Assembly (NCBI GenBank): GCA_947447955.1
Contig: CANFLS010000012.1
Location: forward strand, 2,946-66,945
Origin: Flavobacteriales bacterium
GTDB taxonomy: Bacteria; Bacteroidota; Bacteroidia; NS11-12g; UBA955
Direction of reading: 5' to 3'
DNA length: 64,000 nt
A program made the translations under genes and the position numbers. Below are positions 30,041 to 37,965 of the stretch, piece by piece (the first letter of the stretch is position 1; the number at the start of each line of letters is the position of its first letter). The notes beneath the pieces are model-generated. The model searched no databases. It saw only the letters and a program-made list of their open reading frames with translations, and had not been told where the DNA came from.

Positions 30041-30043
30041 ACG
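30011..30043 (+). repeat. Palindromic dispersed element copy 1 (GGATTA-TCCCGAAAGCTTTCGGGA-GGATTAGAC) inside the ATPase 3' end
   Basis: 18-bp perfect palindrome at 30016-30033. Other copies are at 30146-30163, 38939-38956 and 40388-40405. Confidence 0.85.
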
Positions 30044-30181
30044 GATTAGACGGGTTAGACAGATTGGGTTTAGATGCGTAAACGCGTTTAGATGGCTTCG
30101 CCGTTTAGAAGACCTAAAGGTAGTTTAGACGGATTAGACGGATTATCCCGATAGCTATCGGGAGGGTTAGACAGATTGGGT
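30036..30181 (+). repeat. Mosaic repeat block (GATTAGACR units, tttagatgcgtaaacgcgtttagatgg, palindromic element copy 2 at 30141-30173)
   Basis: gattagacggattagacgggttagacagattgggtttagatgcgtaaacgcgtttagatgg...ggattagacggattatcccgatagctatcgggagggttagacagattgggtttag. Confidence 0.85.
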
Positions 30182-30700
30182 TTAGTTTTTGAAAAAATAC
30201 TCTTTTGTTTCCCAAAATTTGACAGTATTGTAATTCAGTTTGTGGCCCAATTTATTTTGATTGATTGGCTTACACTTTTTCAAAACAAATTTGAGACATT
30301 CATTTTCAAATTCTGAGTACATCCAACCGATTATTATCGTTTGTTTTTTTTTGTTATAATATCCCGTAGGAAGAATGAACGCAGAATCTAATTTACATTT
30401 TTTAGTAATCAACCCAATATCATAAATTGTATCGTTATCGGAATATCCTTTTATTATGGTTAAAACTAAACTATCTTTCTCAAGATAGCTTCCTGTTGAG
30501 CACAATGAACGAAAGTGAACGGATGACTTAATCACTTTTGAATCTATTATTTTGTTCACTATATCACCTTTTAAATCTTGGGGTTCCGATAATTTATCTT
30601 CCCAATTTTGAGCAAAAGAATTTACTGGGAAAAAAAGCACCAGGAAAATGATGGATATTAACTTTGACATAGTATTTAATTGGGGAACATTTTCTGTCAT
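30182..30700 (-). CDS. hypothetical secreted protein (probable start about 30670, MSKLISIIF...)
   Basis: Signal peptide ...FPVNSFAQ. AT-rich. No recognisable domain. Confidence 0.4.
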   Translation of the reverse strand: MTENVPQLNTMSKLISIIFLVLFFPVNSFAQNWEDKLSEPQDLKGDIVNKIIDSKVIKSSVHFRSLCSTGSYLEKDSLVLTIIKGYSDNDTIYDIGLITKKCKLDSAFILPTGYYNKKKQTIIIGWMYSEFENECLKFVLKKCKPINQNKLGHKLNYNTVKFWETKEYFFKN

Positions 30701-30783
30701 CGTTACAAATCTAATTCAACAATGCATTGTTAACGTTGACCCATTCTGCTAAAGCAGTTTACTAATTGTTTTTTCTCGCGGGG

Positions 30784-30978
30784 TTAAGACCCCATACCAT
30801 CTCTAAAAATGATTGCCAAACTACTAAAATAAAGCAATAGGGAAAGTAGAAATGCTAACACTAACCCTATTATTATTCTTTCGGCTTTCTTATAACTGCT
30901 ATACTTGAATACCAAAGGAACAATTAACAACGGTGTTGTGAACATCACGAACCATAATATTTGACCAAGTATATGCAT
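30784..30978 (-). CDS. small hypothetical 2-TM membrane protein (64 aa)
   Basis: Two hydrophobic helices. Clean start and stop. Low confidence that it is expressed. Confidence 0.3.
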   Translation of the reverse strand: MHILGQILWFVMFTTPLLIVPLVFKYSSYKKAERIIIGLVLAFLLSLLLYFSSLAIIFRDGMGS

Positions 30979-31084
30979 AATTTACCACCAATCACCATCT
31001 AAACTATTTCTATTCTTATTGTAGAATTGGAACCCTTTTTAAATTCACTCATAAACTATTAGATTATCACCATAAGGCGCCCCC

Positions 31085-31127
31085 ATTTCTTGATATGTAA
31101 GTGACATAATTAGAGTGTAAAGATAAA
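31085..31127 (+). other. About 43-bp duplicate of the alaS start codon, first 6-7 codons and -7 promoter region (direct repeat of 28351-28393)
   Basis: atttcttgaTatgtaagtgacataattagagtgTaaagataaa versus atttcttgaGatgtaagtgacataattagagtgCaaagataaa at the native alaS start. Confidence 0.85.
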
Positions 31128-31146
31128 TTAAAAGTTAATTAGAAAG

Positions 31147-31316
31147 TTTGTAAGAGTTTATAGAAGTTTATGAGCGTTTATAAAGGTTGGCTGGGCAAAA
31201 AAAATAAACAGCGAAGCGTCAACTACCGGAGGTGTAAACCGCCAAAGGCGTCAACGAGCGAAGCTCTTCTATACGCACGAAATGCCCAAAACCGGCGAAG
31301 CCCTAAACATTTGAAG
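31147..31316 (+). repeat. Composite repeat element: 4 x 10-bp GTTTATAARR-like units, GGCTGGG-A-run, then GCGAAGCGTCAAC-type modules
   Basis: An about 80-bp core (gtttataaaggttggctgggcaaaaaaaataaacagcgaagcgtcaactaccggaggtgtaaaccgccaaaggcgtcaac) is nearly identical to 36196-36280. Confidence 0.85.
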
Positions 31317-31381
31317 TTTATTTTATATAAATTAATTGGCTTGATTATCATAAATTCAGACATCTCTGTTTTTTAGCTTAG

Positions 31382-31915
31382 CTATTTTTGAGGGACAATA
31401 GACTGTTTTTTCTCATTTATAAAATTTACAAACTGATTAAATCTTTCATTATCTATATTAAATGCAAAAATTTGCAAGGAAATTAAAATTTTATTATAAT
31501 TTCCTACAGAATAAAAATCCAAACTGCCATTATAATTTAAATTTTCGAAATTTCCGGTTGAATTAACCATAATTAATTCAAATCCATCAAACTTCAATTT
31601 AACTTGTTCAACTCCAAAAACAACATATTTTTCATCAAAAAAATGACCTTTTTCTATTTGAATATCCTCCTTAAATTCTAATTTTAAGAGCTTACAAAAA
31701 CCTGTGTTTACATAATTTTTGTATGGAATTATCAATAATAGAAAACTAAAAATAGCCGAATTAATTATCGCAATTATTTTGAAAAAAATTGCCAAATCAA
31801 AAGGACTAGAAGAGTAAATTATAAATGATATTATTGTCAAAACTATCGAACATGGACAAATTATTAAAACAGCCCATAGACTAACCTGGATTTTATTAAT
31901 CTTAATAAATCGCAT
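31382..31915 (-). CDS. hypothetical membrane protein (3 N-terminal TM helices plus soluble C-terminal domain)
   Basis: 177-aa ORF. Very AT-rich. No recognisable motif. Confidence 0.35.
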   Translation of the reverse strand: MRFIKINKIQVSLWAVLIICPCSIVLTIISFIIYSSSPFDLAIFFKIIAIINSAIFSFLLLIIPYKNYVNTGFCKLLKLEFKEDIQIEKGHFFDEKYVVFGVEQVKLKFDGFELIMVNSTGNFENLNYNGSLDFYSVGNYNKILISLQIFAFNIDNERFNQFVNFINEKKQSIVPQK

Positions 31916-32027
31916 AATTTAAATTACAAACATTTCTCATACAGCCTTTCAAATGTTGAAAGTCTAATTTTTATGCATTTTATCATCACCGGAAATGAGA
32001 AATAATTGAACACGAAGCAAATACCCG

Positions 32028-32636
32028 TTAAAGACCTTCAGCGAAAATTTCTTGCTTTAACTGAAAACTGGAGCATTGACGAACTTGAGCATAATTTGAA
32101 TCGACAAATACAATATCTAAAAGAATATTATTGAGATAATATCTCTTCGCAGCAAATAACTCAATGTATTTTTTGAAATCCACGTTGAGTACGTTTAAGT
32201 GAGGTATATCTTCGAAAATTTTACTTTCAATCAAACCTTCATAAATCAACGAATCTTTGGTGTTAAGCTTATTTATGATTGATTCTTTAGTATTTTCCAT
32301 TATCGGACTTAATGTAAAACTCATTAGGATTTTCACTTTGGGTTGTGGCTTTTTGTATACCATTGTATCAAAAACCTTACCATACAAGCTTGAAAATCGC
32401 ACACTTAAATTGAACGATGTAGGTGAAATCAACTTATAGTGCCCTACCGTATTATCTTTAAAATTTAGAGTATCAAAATTACTGAACTTCATTAAAATTG
32501 AATCAATTTCAATAGGATAAGCAATAAATTTAGACACGGGAACTTGGGTTTTAGAAATTTGTGCCGTCGCAGTAAATGACAAAAGTCCAATCAATAAAGT
32601 TAAAACAATTATCTTTTTCATTTTTTTAATGTACAA
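32028..32636 (-). CDS. hypothetical secreted protein
   Basis: Signal peptide (LSFTATAQ). 202 aa. No recognisable motif. Confidence 0.4.
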   Translation of the reverse strand: MYIKKMKKIIVLTLLIGLLSFTATAQISKTQVPVSKFIAYPIEIDSILMKFSNFDTLNFKDNTVGHYKLISPTSFNLSVRFSSLYGKVFDTMVYKKPQPKVKILMSFTLSPIMENTKESIINKLNTKDSLIYEGLIESKIFEDIPHLNVLNVDFKKYIELFAAKRYYLNNILLDIVFVDSNYAQVRQCSSFQLKQEIFAEGL

Positions 32637-32738
32637 TGTTGTAAGTGGAAATAATCAGAATTATGTGACTCGACCCAAACAGAGGAGGTATTGATATTGT
32701 TATTATTGTTCATTTTCAAAAGTACAAATTCCGTCACT

Positions 32739-33347
32739 TTACTCAGGCAAATTCTTAATGGTTTCCTTTAACCCTTCGAAAAAATCAACATCAACGCCCT
32801 TCTTTTCCTGCAATAACTCGATTTCTTTTATGACTATTTCGACATTGATATACCTTGCTTTTGTAAAAAACAAATCGGCATTCGCTTCTTTATCAGAAGG
32901 ATGTTCTAAAATATAAGACTCTATTTCCGTCACAACTTCATTAAAACAACTATCCCTTCTATGCGTGTTACCTTCAACTTCAAAAGCCAGTGCTTTGAAA
33001 GTTTTTAAATACAAGTTCTTTTTATACGACTTAGAAAAGTCGTTGATGCTTAATAAATTAACCACCCCATATGCTTTTTTATAATCATGCAATAACATAA
33101 ATGCTGTTAATTTTAATTCGGTAAGTTTGATTTTATATTCTGAACAAATTGACGAATTTTCGTCAGTGAATTTTATTAACTGATTCAAACAACTATCATT
33201 TTTTGTTACATAATATTCATTTATTTTATTATTAGCCTGATTATAAAGAGTTTTACAATCATTGATACTAATCATTTTAGGCTGACCATTGCAAGTAAAA
33301 TTCAATAACACTAAAACGAAAAAACTTAATCTTTGTATAACTTTCAT
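32739..33347 (-). CDS. hypothetical secreted/lipoprotein, candidate polymorphic-toxin immunity protein
   Basis: Signal/lipobox-like N-terminus (VLVLLNFTCNGQ). Its start codon lies 8 bp after the stop of the RHS-core remnant. Confidence 0.35.
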   Translation of the reverse strand: MKVIQRLSFFVLVLLNFTCNGQPKMISINDCKTLYNQANNKINEYYVTKNDSCLNQLIKFTDENSSICSEYKIKLTELKLTAFMLLHDYKKAYGVVNLLSINDFSKSYKKNLYLKTFKALAFEVEGNTHRRDSCFNEVVTEIESYILEHPSDKEANADLFFTKARYINVEIVIKEIELLQEKKGVDVDFFEGLKETIKNLPE

Positions 33348-33355
33348 TGTTTCAC

Positions 33356-33580
33356 CTATTGTAAATGTCCAACTTTGTTTAAATATGGATTATTTCTCAC
33401 TGCATTGTATGGTGTTAAGCTCTTTCTTTCGTCTGTTTTCGGATCCACATTCCACCTTCTTCCTAATCTACCATCATACTCCCAAAATGTGGCGGTATAT
33501 GTTTCGTTGTTGTATACTTCTTTGTCTTTTTCTTGCGTGTTAAATCCAAACCTAAACCCGCTTCCAGCGCTGAAACTTCG
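33356..33580 (-). pseudogene. Remnant of an RHS/YD-repeat core C-terminus (no start codon, in-frame stop upstream)
   Basis: Own translation of the minus strand: SFSAGSGFRFGFNTQEKDKEVYNNETYTATFWEYDGRLGRRWNVDPKTDERKSLTPYNAVRNNPYLNKVGHLQ*. It matches the RHS core end motif (…YDxxxGRxxxxDP…PYxYxxNNP…) but stops before the usual DPxG cleavage site and toxin tip. Confidence 0.55.
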
Positions 33581-33672
33581 GTTTTTTATGAACTACCAAA
33601 AGTAGATGGGTTGTGGAGGTAGTTTAAGGGATAGTTGAACACGATTAGCGCTTTTTACTTTGTAATTTGAGA

Positions 33673-34374
33673 TCAATAAATTATATGCTTAAACTTGCCT
33701 TTGTATAACTCCAAGTATTTGGGCTTAAAACAATAGTGAACTTTACATTTATTCTTGCGCTTTTTATTTTTAAAGTATAATTCAAATTTATAAATGTAGG
33801 TGTAAATTTCATTAGTTTTCTTTGTGAAATTATTATATTGAGTACCGGATTCTTTGAAATTTAAATCACTTGCATCGCAAGGAAAGGTTTTAGAGTTGTA
33901 ATAATAACCAATTCGAATTGACATTGATTTAGAAGATAAGTATAAAGCTTTAGTTTTGAATAAAAAATAGTTTTTAATAAAATTAAAATCCCCAATTACT
34001 AAAGAATCAATATGATCCATCTTATTTGCATAATAAATTTTATCATATTCATTCTTATTCGCAGTTACTTCTTTGATTGTCAATGTATCCGTTTCGGGGC
34101 AGTATCTTACTTCAATTTTAGTTTGATTTTCGGCTGTTTCTAAAACAATTTTATCATTGTAATATTTAATAATATTTGAGTATTCTGCTGCACTTTGAAT
34201 GGATAACTTTTTCTTTTTTTCAGCCGGATCTTCATATCTAATGATTAAACAACTATCGGTTTTTTCCATAAACAAACGTTGAGGGGTCATAGTATCGTAG
34301 GGTTTTACAAAAACTTGACCTACAGATAAATTCAATTTGATGCTGAGAAATATGAATAATGTTATTTTTTTCAT
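33673..34374 (-). CDS. hypothetical secreted protein
   Basis: Signal peptide (…LSVGQ). 233 aa. Lys/Tyr/Asn-rich. No motif. Confidence 0.4.
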   Translation of the reverse strand: MKKITLFIFLSIKLNLSVGQVFVKPYDTMTPQRLFMEKTDSCLIIRYEDPAEKKKKLSIQSAAEYSNIIKYYNDKIVLETAENQTKIEVRYCPETDTLTIKEVTANKNEYDKIYYANKMDHIDSLVIGDFNFIKNYFLFKTKALYLSSKSMSIRIGYYYNSKTFPCDASDLNFKESGTQYNNFTKKTNEIYTYIYKFELYFKNKKRKNKCKVHYCFKPKYLELYKGKFKHIIY

Positions 34375-34580
34375 TATCTTTTTCTTGCAAATGCACGTAT
34401 TGATTGAGTTGTATATTCAATTGCTCTATAATTCAAACAACCACAGGTGCCTTGCTTCCAAAGCTTCGAAACCAATTGCATACTATCATCTTCGGCTTTG
34501 ATGTTCAATTTTGAATTACCGAAATATTCTATGTTATTAATCATTTTAATTACACTCAATGATTGTTTTGTATTTTTCAC
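34374..34580 (-). CDS. small hypothetical ORF (68 aa) overlapping the start of the previous gene, possibly a toxin-tip fragment
   Basis: ATGA stop/start overlap with 33673-34374. No motif. Confidence 0.2.
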   Translation of the reverse strand: MKNTKQSLSVIKMINNIEYFGNSKLNIKAEDDSMQLVSKLWKQGTCGCLNYRAIEYTTQSIRAFARKR

Positions 34581-34713
34581 TACTTACACAATCGTTATAC
34601 ACAGCTTCGCCACTTCAGTTACATTAAAAATATCGCTGATTCGGCGGTCGTAAATCAAAGTTATTATTTTATTTAGAATTCACAAACTAATTTTAATAGC
34701 CGTAAATATTTTG

Positions 34714-34968
34714 AGTTTAGATGCGTAAACACCTAAAGGTTGATTAGACAGATTAGACGGATTAGACGGATTAGACGGATTAGACGGATTAGACGGATTA
34801 GACGGATTAGACGGATTGGGTTTAGAGAAACTAAAGGTAGTTTAGATGTTGTTTTCTAATTCCAATAGAAAATCTAAACGCATGGCAATGCTTCTAAACC
34901 CTAAACGAGCGAAGCTCTTCTCAACGCACGAAGTGCCTCATCGATTTGTATTTTTATCATTTGATATC
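34714..34968 (+). repeat. Mosaic repeat block with a GATTAGACR x8 array (34742-34813)
   Basis: tttagatgcgtaaacacctaaaggtt-gattagaca-(gattagacg)x7-gattgggtttag...ctaaaggtagtttagatg...ctaaacgcatggcaatg...ctaaacgagcgaagctcttctcaacgcacgaagtgcctcat...ttgtatttttatcattt. Confidence 0.9.
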
Positions 34969-34983
34969 TTTTCTATAGGCAAT

Positions 34984-35054
34984 GAGCCGATTAAATTTAA
35001 AAATCGGCTCATTTTTTGCGTATATTTGAGCCGATTAAACCCACAAATCGGCTC
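34984..35054 (+). promoter_or_regulatory. Twin near-identical stem-loops/palindromes (GAGCCGATT-N9-AATCGGCTC) x2 immediately upstream of fic
   Basis: gagccgattaaatttaaaaatcggctc at 34984-35010 and gagccgattaaacccacaaatcggctc at 35028-35054. The second ends 1-2 nt before the fic ATG. Confidence 0.6.
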
Positions 35055-35055
35055 A

Positions 35056-36162
35056 ATGAAATACAATTGGCAACAAATTGACTGGCCCAACTTCAGCTTT
35101 AACACAGCGAAAATAGATCACTTATTACTTGATTTTATTCGCAATTCTGGCAAACTAGAGGGCGCTTTAGAAACACTAACTGAAAATAATCAATCAGAAA
35201 CTATCATTGAACTATTGGTAATTGAAGCAATTAAAACATCCGAAATTGAAGGTGAATATTTAAGTAGAAAAGATGTGGCTTCTTCCATCCGGAAAAATTT
35301 GGGCTTACTTAAAACCACTGAGAATATAAAAGATCAAAAAGCCCGAGGTATTGCTGAATTGTTGATAATGGTCCGGAATAGTTATTACAAACCATTGGCA
35401 AAAAAAGAATTACTCAATTGGCATAAATCGTTAATGAGTCATGACCCGACAATTCAGTCAGGTGAATGGCGCGAACATGAAGAACCGATGCAAATTATTT
35501 CAGGCGCATTAGGAAAAGAAAAAATTCATTTTGAAGCGCCACCGTCAAAAAATGTCCCTCAAGAAATGGAACAATTCTTTCAATGGTTTAATGGTACAGC
35601 GCCGAATCAACCCAATGAAATCATACATGCACCAATTCGGGCTGCAATTGCACATCTTTATTTTGAAAGTATTCATCCGTTTGAAGATGGAAATGGACGT
35701 ATTGGTAGAGCACTTGCAGAAAAAGCTTTGGCACAAACTTTAGGATATAATCCACTAATTAGTTTATCGTCAACAATAGAACTAAATAAAAAGGAATACT
35801 ATTATTATTTGGAAAGAGGTCAACGAAAAAACGAAATTACGGAATGGATAGAATATTTCGTAAACACAATATTGCATGCTCAAGAATTTACACAAAAACT
35901 CATTCATTTCACCATTCAAAAAACACAAATCTTCGATACTTTTTCAACACAACTCAACGAGGCGCAATTGAAGGTGGTAAAGCGTATTTTAGAGCAAGGT
36001 CATGAGGGATTTATTGGTGGTATGAATGCGGAAAAGTATATGCGCATATCAAAGGTTTCAAAAGCAACAGCTACCAGACATTTACACCAACTCGTTGAAA
36101 TTGGTATCTTTCAAATTGAAGGGAAAGGAAGAGCCACGAGGTATCGTATTAATGTTAATTAG
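35056..36162 (+). CDS. Fic/DOC-family protein (DUF4172 N-terminus, class II TxxxEG inhibitory motif, C-terminal wHTH)
   Basis: MKYNWQQIDWPNF start. TSEIEGE. Fic motif HPFEDGNGRIGR. C-terminal HTH (KATATRHLHQLVEIGIF). The ORF-track N-terminal extension back to 34846 is a translation of repeats and is rejected. Confidence 0.8.
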   Translation: MKYNWQQIDWPNFSFNTAKIDHLLLDFIRNSGKLEGALETLTENNQSETIIELLVIEAIKTSEIEGEYLSRKDVASSIRKNLGLLKTTENIKDQKARGIAELLIMVRNSYYKPLAKKELLNWHKSLMSHDPTIQSGEWREHEEPMQIISGALGKEKIHFEAPPSKNVPQEMEQFFQWFNGTAPNQPNEIIHAPIRAAIAHLYFESIHPFEDGNGRIGRALAEKALAQTLGYNPLISLSSTIELNKKEYYYYLERGQRKNEITEWIEYFVNTILHAQEFTQKLIHFTIQKTQIFDTFSTQLNEAQLKVVKRILEQGHEGFIGGMNAEKYMRISKVSKATATRHLHQLVEIGIFQIEGKGRATRYRINVN

Positions 36163-36164
36163 AA

Positions 36165-36322
36165 GGTTTATAAGCATTTATAAAAGTTTATGTGCGTTTA
36201 TAAAGTTTGGCTGGGTAAAAAAACAAACAGCGAAGCGTCAACTACCGGAGGTGTAAACCGCCAAAGGCGTCAACCGCCAAAGGCGTCAACTACCGCAGGT
36301 GTAAACCCACCGTAGGTGTAAA
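36165..36322 (+). repeat. Composite repeat element (4 x 10-bp GTTTATAARR units, GGCTGGG-A-run, 16-bp GYGTMAAC-N-CCRNAG units x about 6)
   Basis: ggtttataagcatttataaaagtttatgtgcgtttataaagtttggctgggtaaaaaaacaaacagcgaagcgtcaactaccggaggtgtaaaccgccaaaggcgtcaaccgccaaaggcgtcaactaccgcaggtgtaaacccaccgtaggtgtaaac. Confidence 0.85.
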
Positions 36323-36354
36323 CAAAAAGGACGCCCTAAAGCGTCCAATTTTGT
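36323..36354 (+). terminator. Hairpin terminator between the convergent fic and pckA genes
   Basis: aaaaaggacgccctaaagcgtccaattttgtt: stem GGACGC/GCGTCC, flanked by an A-run and a T-run. Could act bidirectionally. Confidence 0.5.
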
Positions 36355-36375
36355 TATTGTTGTTATTGTTGTTGT

Positions 36376-37965
36376 TTAAGCTGTAGCCATTCTTGGAGCA
36401 GCGGCCTTGATTTCGTCGCTAGATCCATCGGCAAATTTTTGGAAATTGTCGTTGAACAATTTAGCCAATTTCTGACACTGTGCGTCGTATTCAGCACCGT
36501 CAGCCCAAGTATTTCTTGGATGTAACAATTCTGAAGGAACGTTAGGACAAGCATCAGGCATTGCAAATCCGAACACAGGGTGATTGGTGAAAGAGCCATC
36601 CAATTGTCCCTCCAAAGCCGCAGTAATCATGGCACGTGTGTAAGACAATTTCATTCTGCTACCTACACCGTAAGCACCACCTGACCAACCAGTGTTGATC
36701 AACCAAACGTTGATATTTGGGTGTGCAGATAATTTCTCTCCCAACATTTCTGCATATTTCGCAGGATGCAATGGCAAGAAAACTTGTCCAAAGCAAGCAG
36801 AGAAAGTAGCTTGAGGTTCAGTAACTCCCGCTTCAGTACCCGCAACTTTCGCAGTGTAACCAGAAATAAATTGATACATTGCTTGGCCTGGAGTTAACTT
36901 AGAAATTGGAGGCAAAACACCAAAAGCATCTGCCGTTAAGAAGAAAATATTCTTAGGAGCATCGCCAATAGATGGTTCTGCAATATTGTCGATATAGTCA
37001 ATAGGATATGCAACACGGGTATTTTCGGTTACTGAAATATTGTCGTAATCAGGGGTATTTGTTCCCTCAAAGAAACGAACGTTTTCAACCAAAGCACCAG
37101 GCTTAATTGCATTCCAAATTTGAGGTTCTTTTTCTTCAGTTAAGTTTACGCATTTTGCGTAACAACCACCTTCAAAATTGAAAACAGTAGAATCAGACCA
37201 TCCGTGTTCATCGTCACCGATTAATTTACGGTTAGGATCTGCACTCAAAGTAGTTTTACCGGTACCGCTCAATCCGAAGAATACAGCAGTGTCGTTGTCC
37301 TTACCAATATTTGCTGAACAATGCATGCTCAATACACCTTTTTCTTGTGGAAGGATGTAATTCAACACACTAAAGATACCTTTCTTAATTTCACCAGTGT
37401 AACCACTACCACCAATTAAGATGATTTTCTTAGTTAAATCTACAATGGTAAAGTTATGTTGGCGCGTACCGTCAATTGCAGGATCAGCCATAAATGAAGG
37501 AGCCGCAATAATTACCCATTCAGAAGGTTGGGTAGCGATTTCAGTTGCTGTAGGACGTAAAAACAAGTTCTTAGCGAACAAATTTTGGTACGCACTTTCA
37601 GTAACTACTTGAATATTTAAACGATAAGCTGGATCAGCACAAGCATATGCATGACGAACAAAGATTTCTCTTCCTTCTAAATGCGCTACTACCCTGTTTA
37701 ACAACGCATCGAATTTTTCAGATTCAAAGGGCTGATTTACAGTACCCCACCATGCGGTGTCGGCTGTTTTTGCATCTTTTACCAAGAATTTGTCTTTAGG
37801 ACTTCTTCCAGTAAACTCACCCGTATCGGCAGCCAATGCGCCTTTATCTGTGATTTGACCTTCATTTCTCTCGAGAGCTTTCTCGATAAGCTCATCGGTG
37901 GTTAAGTTTTCAAAAACTTGCTTTGCATGCGATTTTATGTTCGCAATCAATGCCTCATTACTCAT
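36376..37965 (-). CDS. pckA: phosphoenolpyruvate carboxykinase (ATP)
   Basis: About 530 aa. GEFTGRSPKDKF near the N-terminus. The kinase P-loop GLSGTGKTTLS. Start taken at MSNEALIANI (37965) rather than the ORF-track extension to 38004. Confidence 0.95.
   Translation of the reverse strand: MSNEALIANIKSHAKQVFENLTTDELIEKALERNEGQITDKGALAADTGEFTGRSPKDKFLVKDAKTADTAWWGTVNQPFESEKFDALLNRVVAHLEGREIFVRHAYACADPAYRLNIQVVTESAYQNLFAKNLFLRPTATEIATQPSEWVIIAAPSFMADPAIDGTRQHNFTIVDLTKKIILIGGSGYTGEIKKGIFSVLNYILPQEKGVLSMHCSANIGKDNDTAVFFGLSGTGKTTLSADPNRKLIGDDEHGWSDSTVFNFEGGCYAKCVNLTEEKEPQIWNAIKPGALVENVRFFEGTNTPDYDNISVTENTRVAYPIDYIDNIAEPSIGDAPKNIFFLTADAFGVLPPISKLTPGQAMYQFISGYTAKVAGTEAGVTEPQATFSACFGQVFLPLHPAKYAEMLGEKLSAHPNINVWLINTGWSGGAYGVGSRMKLSYTRAMITAALEGQLDGSFTNHPVFGFAMPDACPNVPSELLHPRNTWADGAEYDAQCQKLAKLFNDNFQKFADGSSDEIKAAAPRMATA

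Noticed and set aside
28374-31131. Segment between the alaS duplicates as an intact integrative element
   Set aside because: There is no integrase, recombinase, excisionase or transfer gene. The only substantial gene is an AAA/DUF4143 ATPase. It is kept as a finding about a remnant or duplication, not as a mobile_element feature.
31170-31376. ORF-track ORF (68 aa, plus strand) lying entirely within the repeat block
   Set aside because: Its sequence (…KQRSVNYRRCKPPKASTSEALLYARNAQNRRSPKHLK…) is a plain translation of the GCGAAGCG/GTAAAC modules. It has basic low-complexity composition and no promoter or signal features.
33289-33605. Two plus-strand ORF-track ORFs (84 and 90 aa) covering the 33.3-33.6 kb gap
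   Set aside because: They are hydrophobic and low-complexity, overlap each other, and lie antisense to the RHS-core remnant, whose minus-strand frame gives a recognisable family motif.
34846-35055. N-terminal extensions of the fic ORF (34846-35055) and of the 56647-56694 and 16020 ORFs
   Set aside because: The extensions translate repeat or hairpin DNA. For fic, the conserved family start MKYNWQQ(I/K)DWPNF begins at 35056. For 56647, the signal peptide begins at MKYIL (56695).
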